From contig JANWWM010000080.1 in assembly GCA_025055975.1 (NCBI GenBank), forward strand, positions 3,635 to 67,634: a DNA stretch of 64,000 bases. Reading direction: 5' to 3'. This document shows, piece by piece, positions 58,824 to 64,000 of the stretch (its first letter is position 1; each line of letters opens with the position of its first letter). The position numbers and the translations under genes are program-made. The stretch comes from Chloroherpetonaceae bacterium. GTDB taxonomy: Bacteria; Bacteroidota; Chlorobiia; Chlorobiales; Thermochlorobacteraceae. The notes beneath the pieces were generated by a model, which was given only the letters and a program-made list of their open reading frames with translations, made no database searches and was not told the DNA's origin.

Positions 58824-59936
58824 TCACGGCAGTTGTCCAAATGGAACGGGCGTGAAGCACAAGACGAACACCGCGATGCTTATCCAGCCGAGCGTCATTC
58901 GCGTCGGGTCGAGCGGGCGCTCCAACAGCACGGGCGGATGATCCAATCGGACGAATCGCCACAGCAACAACGCCCACACGATCCAACTCGCCCACGACAC
59001 GTCGCGCACCCACGCGGGATAAGGGAAGCCCGAAAACGGTTGATTGGCAAACGTCGCCAAGATGAACGCAATCCACTCCGCAAACGTCGGCAAGCCCAAG
59101 ACGACGATGAACGCCAAGAAAATCCGCGCCACGCGCGCTTGAACCTTCCGCCCGAACATCGCATAAACGATGTGCCCTCCGTCCAACTGCCCAACGGGCA
59201 ACAAATTGAGCGCGGTTACGAAACAGCCCAACCACCCCGCGAAGAGATACGGATAATGATACATCTCCGTCATCGGCGGAAGGTTCGGTCCGTCAAAGAT
59301 TTTTTCCAAAATCCAATACAGCAGATTCTTTCCCGCAAAGAGCGCGCCCGACTGAACGGGAATTTTGCCGTGCAATTGGTAGTAGAGTTCGTATTCGGGG
59401 TGAATCTGAACGACATACTCGATGGGCGGCAGCGTGGCAAAGCCGTAAATCAAAATGCCGAGCGCGACCACGAACCCCGCCAGCGGTCCGCTCGCGCCGA
59501 TGTCGAAGAGGCTCTGCGATGTCGGGATTCGTTCCTTCATTCGAATCATCGCGCCGAACGTGCCAATCGGAAAAATGAAGGGAATCGGCGGCATCGGAAT
59601 GTAGTAAGGCAACGTGGCGCGAACTCGGTGCGCCATCGTCGCAAAAAAGTGCCCGAACTCGTGGCTCGTCAGAAAAAACAGAAGCGAGATGGAGTATGGC
59701 AAGCCGCTCTCGAGTCGAGAGGCGACGTTGGAGAGATCGTCGAGCGAAATTTCCTTGCCGACCCAGTATGCGCCTGCGACGCAAGTGGTCAGAAACGTGG
59801 CAAGAAACAGAGCGATGTGCAGGGGATAATTTTGTTCGCCGACGCGATTCCAAAACGGCTCGTCGGCGCTTGGCTCGGCGGCGAGCGTTTCCGCAGGCGC
59901 GAAGCGCTCGTCGCCGTTTCGCAATTCGTCGCGCAT
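58824..59936 (-). CDS. Site-2 protease (M50 family) intramembrane metalloprotease
   Basis: 'HEFGH', 'LPYYIP', 'GPLAG', 'LNLLPVGQLDGGH'. Confidence 0.93.
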   Translation of the reverse strand: MRDELRNGDERFAPAETLAAEPSADEPFWNRVGEQNYPLHIALFLATFLTTCVAGAYWVGKEISLDDLSNVASRLESGLPYSISLLFFLTSHEFGHFFATMAHRVRATLPYYIPMPPIPFIFPIGTFGAMIRMKERIPTSQSLFDIGASGPLAGFVVALGILIYGFATLPPIEYVVQIHPEYELYYQLHGKIPVQSGALFAGKNLLYWILEKIFDGPNLPPMTEMYHYPYLFAGWLGCFVTALNLLPVGQLDGGHIVYAMFGRKVQARVARIFLAFIVVLGLPTFAEWIAFILATFANQPFSGFPYPAWVRDVSWASWIVWALLLWRFVRLDHPPVLLERPLDPTRMTLGWISIAVFVLCFTPVPFGQLP

Positions 59937-60060
59937 GAGTTCGATGTTTTGCCTTTGGAAAAAAGAAAATCGTCAAGGCGAAACATAACGCGAATTCCGA
60001 AAAGTTCTAATAGTTGCCGACAAAAACTTATCTTTCAGCCAAAGCTCAAACGATGAAGCG

Positions 60061-60456
60061 ATGCAAAAACGCACCATTCTCATCATTGACGACGAGGTCG
60101 ACTCTCTCACGTTGCTCACGAAAGCCATCGGCGCGACCTTCGACATCATCACCAAGCAAGACGGTTCGGAGGCAATCAAATGGCTTCAAGCGGGAAACGT
60201 GCCCGATTTAATCATCACCGATTTGATGATGCCGAACATGGACGGCGCGGAGTTCGTGAAAATTTTGCGCTCCAGCAAGTCGCATCGCCACACGCCCATC
60301 ATCGTCGTTTCTGCCAACAACGACGTGCGCTCGCGCATCAAGTTTCTGCAACTTGGCGTGAATGACTACATCGGCAAGCCCGTTCACCCCGAAGAACTCG
60401 TGCTTAGAATCAACAACATTTTCAAACTGCTTTCGCGCGCCGAAGAACGCAACTGA
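60061..60456 (+). CDS. Single-domain response regulator
   Basis: 'IIDDE', 'ITDLMMPNMDG', 'VSA', 'DYIGKP'. Confidence 0.93.
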   Translation: MQKRTILIIDDEVDSLTLLTKAIGATFDIITKQDGSEAIKWLQAGNVPDLIITDLMMPNMDGAEFVKILRSSKSHRHTPIIVVSANNDVRSRIKFLQLGVNDYIGKPVHPEELVLRINNIFKLLSRAEERN

Positions 60457-61520
60457 TGCTCGTTTGTTTGTTCGTTCTCTGCACGATTTTCGTTTGCCTG
60501 AACGTCATCGCTTACATTGGCTTGGCGAAGGTCGAGTATGAATCCAAAACGGCGATGATTTTCCCCAATCCCGACGTTCAGAGCGTTTTCGTTTCCGTCG
60601 TCGTCGCCGCTCGCAACGAGGCGATGAACTTGCCCGCCTTGCTCAACGCGCTTCTTTCGCAAACGCATCGTCAGTTGGAAATCATCATCGTCTCCGACCG
60701 ATCGACCGACGACACGCCAACGGTGATGAGTTTTTTCCGCGATCCGCGCATTCGTTTCGTGGAAATCAAGGAAGTTCCGCAAGGCGTTTCGCCCAAAAAG
60801 CATGCGCTTGCGACGGGCATTCGCATCGCGCGCGGCGACATCTTGTTTCTGACCGACGCGGATTGCCGTCCCTCGCCCGCTTGGATTGCCGACACGCTCA
60901 AATGCTTTGACCGTCGCACCGCCGTCGTCATTGGCTATTCGCCCTTTCGCAGAAAGCCCAACGAAACGTTCATTGAGCTTTTTCAGCGATACGAATGTTT
61001 CCGAACCGCGATGCTCTCGGCGGGCGCGGTCGGACGCAACGCGCCTTACATGGCGACGGGCAGAAATCTCGCTTATCGCAAAGAAGTCTTCGAGACCATT
61101 GGCGGTTTCGACGCCATCAAACACATTTTGAGCGGCGACGACGATTTGCTCCTGCAACGCATCGCGCGCAGAACGCGAATGAAAATCAAGTATTTCGTTT
61201 CTCCAACCGCCAAAGTCGAAACCGACGCGCAACCTTCGCTCGCCAAATTCCTCAACCAAAAAGCTCGACACTACTCCGCCGCGTTTCACTACCCGCCCGC
61301 GTCGCTTTTTTTCTTGATGACCTATCACGCCGTCAATTTTGCGATGCTTTGCGTTCTGCCGCTTCAACTTTTCATCGGCGGGCTTTCGCTCGCGCAAGCG
61401 ATGAAACTCTTTGGCGAAGAAGAGTTCCGCTGGAAAGCTCTGTGCTTGGAGCCGATTTACGCCGTCTACGCCTTCTTTTCTCCCCTCCTCGCCTTCCGAA
61501 AATTCGAGTGGAAAGTCTGA
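60456..61520 (+). CDS. Membrane-anchored GT2 glycosyltransferase (PgaC/CesA-like)
   Basis: 'VVAARNE', 'DRSTDDT', 'PKKHAL', 'TDADC', 'SGDDD', 'QKARH' (QxxRW-like); TGATG overlap with the response regulator. Confidence 0.88.
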   Translation: MLVCLFVLCTIFVCLNVIAYIGLAKVEYESKTAMIFPNPDVQSVFVSVVVAARNEAMNLPALLNALLSQTHRQLEIIIVSDRSTDDTPTVMSFFRDPRIRFVEIKEVPQGVSPKKHALATGIRIARGDILFLTDADCRPSPAWIADTLKCFDRRTAVVIGYSPFRRKPNETFIELFQRYECFRTAMLSAGAVGRNAPYMATGRNLAYRKEVFETIGGFDAIKHILSGDDDLLLQRIARRTRMKIKYFVSPTAKVETDAQPSLAKFLNQKARHYSAAFHYPPASLFFLMTYHAVNFAMLCVLPLQLFIGGLSLAQAMKLFGEEEFRWKALCLEPIYAVYAFFSPLLAFRKFEWKV

Positions 61521-61760
61521 CTCGCGTTCGGAACGCTCGACGCGAATGGCGCAAAATCCGCTTCTCTGCAAGCGTCGCAAAAAAGCGACGCTTTTCTCTT
61601 TCAATCGTCGCCCAAAAGCGACGCCTCGCGTTCTTGCTCGCGTCGTTTCGCTCAAATTTCGCGGAAATCCGTTTGGCACGTTTTTAGACCCTCCTTTTCG
61701 TGAGTTCCTCTCCAACGAGGTCTCGCAATCAATCTCTTTCAACCAAACTTTTGGACGACA

Positions 61761-62327
61761 ATGACGAAACTCTCTCTTTTTCTCGGACTGCTGATGCTTT
61801 CGGCGAGCCTCGTCGTGACGGGGTGCAAGAAAGACGAGAATCCCGCGAGCGGCGGCACGGGTGGCGGTGGCAATCAAACGCCGACGGGCGCGGGCACGCT
61901 CAGCGCCAAAATCGATGGTCAAAACTGGTCAGCGACGCAGATAAGCCCCATTCTGCCCGCGGCGATCGCCTCGTATCAAAACAACACGTTGCTCGTCAAT
62001 GGAACGCGAGTCGATGGCGCGACGACATCCGCTCTCGGCTTCACGATTACGGGCGTAACGGGCACGGGCACGTTTCGCTTGGGCGTCTCGCCAGGCACGG
62101 GCGGCGCGCAAGGCACGGCTCAATACGTGGTAACGACGGCAGGACAAGGACAAACGTGGGCAACGCTGAGCCAAACGGGAAATTCAGGCACGATTACCAT
62201 CACGACATTCGATAGGCAGAATCGAATCGCCGCAGGCACGTTTAGTTTCACGCTGGAACGCGAAAGCCCAGCGCCTACGAGACGAGAAGTTACCGAAGGT
62301 CGCTTCGATGTGCGTTGGAACCAATGA
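61761..62327 (+). CDS. Gly/Thr-rich beta-sheet lipoprotein (DUF6252-like)
   Basis: Lipobox 'VTGC' followed by 'KKDE'; 'LSAKIDG', 'GTITIT', 'GTFSF', 'VTEGRF'. Confidence 0.8.
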   Translation: MTKLSLFLGLLMLSASLVVTGCKKDENPASGGTGGGGNQTPTGAGTLSAKIDGQNWSATQISPILPAAIASYQNNTLLVNGTRVDGATTSALGFTITGVTGTGTFRLGVSPGTGGAQGTAQYVVTTAGQGQTWATLSQTGNSGTITITTFDRQNRIAAGTFSFTLERESPAPTRREVTEGRFDVRWNQ

Positions 62328-62335
62328 CGAAACTT

Positions 62336-62369
62336 GCGGGAAGAATCTCTATCCGAGATTTCTTCCCGC
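62336..62369 (+). other. Strong intergenic stem-loop (mRNA stabiliser or terminator)
   Basis: gcgggaagaatctc-tatcc-gagatttcttcccgc; no U-tract. Confidence 0.55.
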
Positions 62370-62396
62370 TCTCGCTAATGCCAACCGAGAGCGTCA

Positions 62397-63053
62397 ATGA
62401 CAAAGCGCATGCCTCTGTTATCGTTGGCGACGTTGGTCGCTATGACCCTGCAAGCTCAACCGTCGGATTTCGGATACAGTTATTGGAGCGGCGGCTTGAC
62501 GCTGGCAAACCAAACGCAACCCTACGCGCGTGGCAACTACGCTTCGCAATCGGGCGCGTTCTACGGCGCGACGCTCGACGCAGGTTACCTTTTCGATATG
62601 AAAGACGTGGGCGTGAATCTTGGCGACAAACGCTCGCTCGGCGTGGCGTATAGCGGCAGTTTGCGCTTCGGCTGGGGCGGCGCGGAAAAAACGGAGAAAG
62701 ACGCGGACATTCATCTCTCCAATGCGTTGGGTGTTGGCTTCCTGACGGCAACCCCGTTTCGCAACGTCGTCTTCGGCTTGAAAGCCCTCGTGCCGCTGGA
62801 ACTCGACGCGCGCTTGCCCGCGTCGGGGCTTTTCATCAAACCCACTTTGGAGGTTGGCGATTACTACTTTGAGTTTGGTTACTTGATGCCTTTCGTCTCC
62901 AATCCCCATTCGCCGCAATACGGCGTGTCCGTCGCCGAAGCGACCGCCATCAAAAAGTTCGATGATTACTTCGGCGTTGGGCTTCGCTGCGAAGTGCGAA
63001 AAGCCGCGCAATCCGAGCAAGCCATGCGCCTTAGCCTCGTGGCGATGTTTTGA
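62397..63053 (+). CDS. Putative outer-membrane beta-barrel protein
   Basis: SPI signal, Gly/aromatic alternating strands, C-terminal Phe. Confidence 0.65.
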   Translation: MTKRMPLLSLATLVAMTLQAQPSDFGYSYWSGGLTLANQTQPYARGNYASQSGAFYGATLDAGYLFDMKDVGVNLGDKRSLGVAYSGSLRFGWGGAEKTEKDADIHLSNALGVGFLTATPFRNVVFGLKALVPLELDARLPASGLFIKPTLEVGDYYFEFGYLMPFVSNPHSPQYGVSVAEATAIKKFDDYFGVGLRCEVRKAAQSEQAMRLSLVAMF

Positions 63054-63112
63054 GCAAGAACGGCGCAGTGGTCGCCTCAAGAGAACGGTTCCTCATTCGC
63101 AACGATCGTTTC

Positions 63113-63140
63113 GGATTCCTCGCTGGCTCTCGGAATGTCG
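63113..63140 (-). repeat. CGTC-type REP-like palindrome, copy 6
   Basis: ggattcctcgctggctctcggaatgtcg. Confidence 0.65.
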
Positions 63141-63246
63141 ATGCGCCGCTTCGCTCTCACGGTTCGAGAGCAAATTCTCGCCTTGTTAAATTGCGTCAGC
63201 CGAAAAGGCGTTTTCTGCAATCTCTAACAAACAAAGGGAGGAAACT

Positions 63247-64000
63247 ATGCGCAACCTTCGCTTCATTCAAAAAACGCTCGCGCTGCTGCTCCTCATCGTC
63301 GGCGTTTCGTTCTTTGCGTGCCAGGAAGACGAGAGTCCTTTGGGCAACGACGCTCCGAACCGCGACATTCCCGCCGATCCCGGCGGAAGCGCACCCGCCA
63401 CGACCATCAACAACGTGCGTCCTGCGGCAACCTTCGCCAAAACGCAAGGCAACGAAAATCGCATTCGCGTCTCGCTCTTGGGCATCATTGACCCGACGAC
63501 GGGACAACCCATCGCCTTTTCGGGCAACCAAAACCTCTTCGTAACCGAAGACAACGCGCTCAAAGGCGTCAAACTGACGCGCGTGAGTTCAAGCGCGTCG
63601 CTCGCCGCCGACATCGTTTTCGTCGTCGACAATTCAGGCTCAATGTTCGAAGAGGCGGACTCCATTGCGGCGAAAATCATCGCCTTTGCCAACGCCTTGG
63701 GAGCGTCGGGGCTGAACGCTCGCTTCGGTTGCGTCGGCTACGATGGACCCGTAACGGGCGCGTTGGATTTGACCGTCGCGGAAAGCCTGCGAACCTACTT
63801 GAATCGCCCTGGCTTCGCGGGCACGAGCCGCACGCGAGGCTTTGGCGGACCTAACGCCCAAGCCCTGCAACAAGCGGCGCAAAATCAAAACCTTGGCATC
63901 TTTGGCGAAAACGGCATCGTCGGCATTCGATTCGCCGATTCGCTCTTCGCATGGCGGCAAGGCGCGATGCGCGTCTATGTCAATTTCACCGACGAACCCA
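63247..64000 (+). CDS. VWA-domain lipoprotein, truncated by the window end (absent from the ORF track)
   Basis: GGAGG SD; manual translation MRNLRFIQKTLALLLLIVGVSFFAC-QEDE...'DIVFVVDNSGSM' (MIDAS DxSxS)...'VYVNFTDEP'; no stop codon before 64000. Confidence 0.85.
   Translation, partial: MRNLRFIQKTLALLLLIVGVSFFACQEDESPLGNDAPNRDIPADPGGSAPATTINNVRPAATFAKTQGNENRIRVSLLGIIDPTTGQPIAFSGNQNLFVTEDNALKGVKLTRVSSSASLAADIVFVVDNSGSMFEEADSIAAKIIAFANALGASGLNARFGCVGYDGPVTGALDLTVAESLRTYLNRPGFAGTSRTRGFGGPNAQALQQAAQNQNLGIFGENGIVGIRFADSLFAWRQGAMRVYVNFTDEP

Noticed and set aside
58392..60056. Long antisense or overlapping ORFs (e.g. 554 aa here, 60384-61922, 6976-8202, 53703-55016, 1125-2378, 21836-22597)
   Set aside because: Shadow frames of well-supported genes on the opposite strand, with no recognisable motifs.
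60456..61520. Carotenoid glucosyltransferase CruC
   Set aside because: Lacks the 'P.GW.GK' pattern I associate with that group and is not next to crt genes; it fits a generic membrane GT2.

Overview
This is a gene-dense bacterial chromosome segment. Its gene content points to the phylum Chlorobiota, probably the Chloroherpeton / Ca. Thermochlorobacter branch; this is inference from a Chlorobi-type CrtP/CrtQ carotenoid desaturase, the hrcA-grpE-dnaJ cluster, Bacteroidota-style lipoproteins and O2-dependent enzymes (HmgA, delta-9 desaturase). Most of the window is housekeeping: nifJ/PFOR, pyk, glyA, wzc, sdaAA, dnaJ/grpE/hrcA, pgm, recJ, fbp, tatD, trxB and a bacilliredoxin. A HEPN-MNT toxin-antitoxin pair sits at 20.5-21.3 kb. 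The main feature is a 13-kb minus-strand cluster (43266-56246) that I read as a near-complete homologue of the myxobacterial Agl-Glt 'core' machine: GltC-like TPR, ExbB/AglR, two ExbD/AglQ-AglS, a GltG-type TonB, a 1978-aa GltD-like TPR protein and a GltF-like protein. It uses a Bacteroidota-type ExbBDD motor. The giant subunit has a C-terminal lectin-like domain and about 25 Bacteroidota-type O-glycosylation sequons. The cluster is a candidate envelope-spanning motility or surface-transport system in a lineage that contains a gliding green bacterium. Six dispersed CGTC-type REP-like palindromes and several terminators are visible. I saw no tRNA, rRNA, CRISPR array or transposase. All family assignments come from motif recognition by eye; no database search was run.
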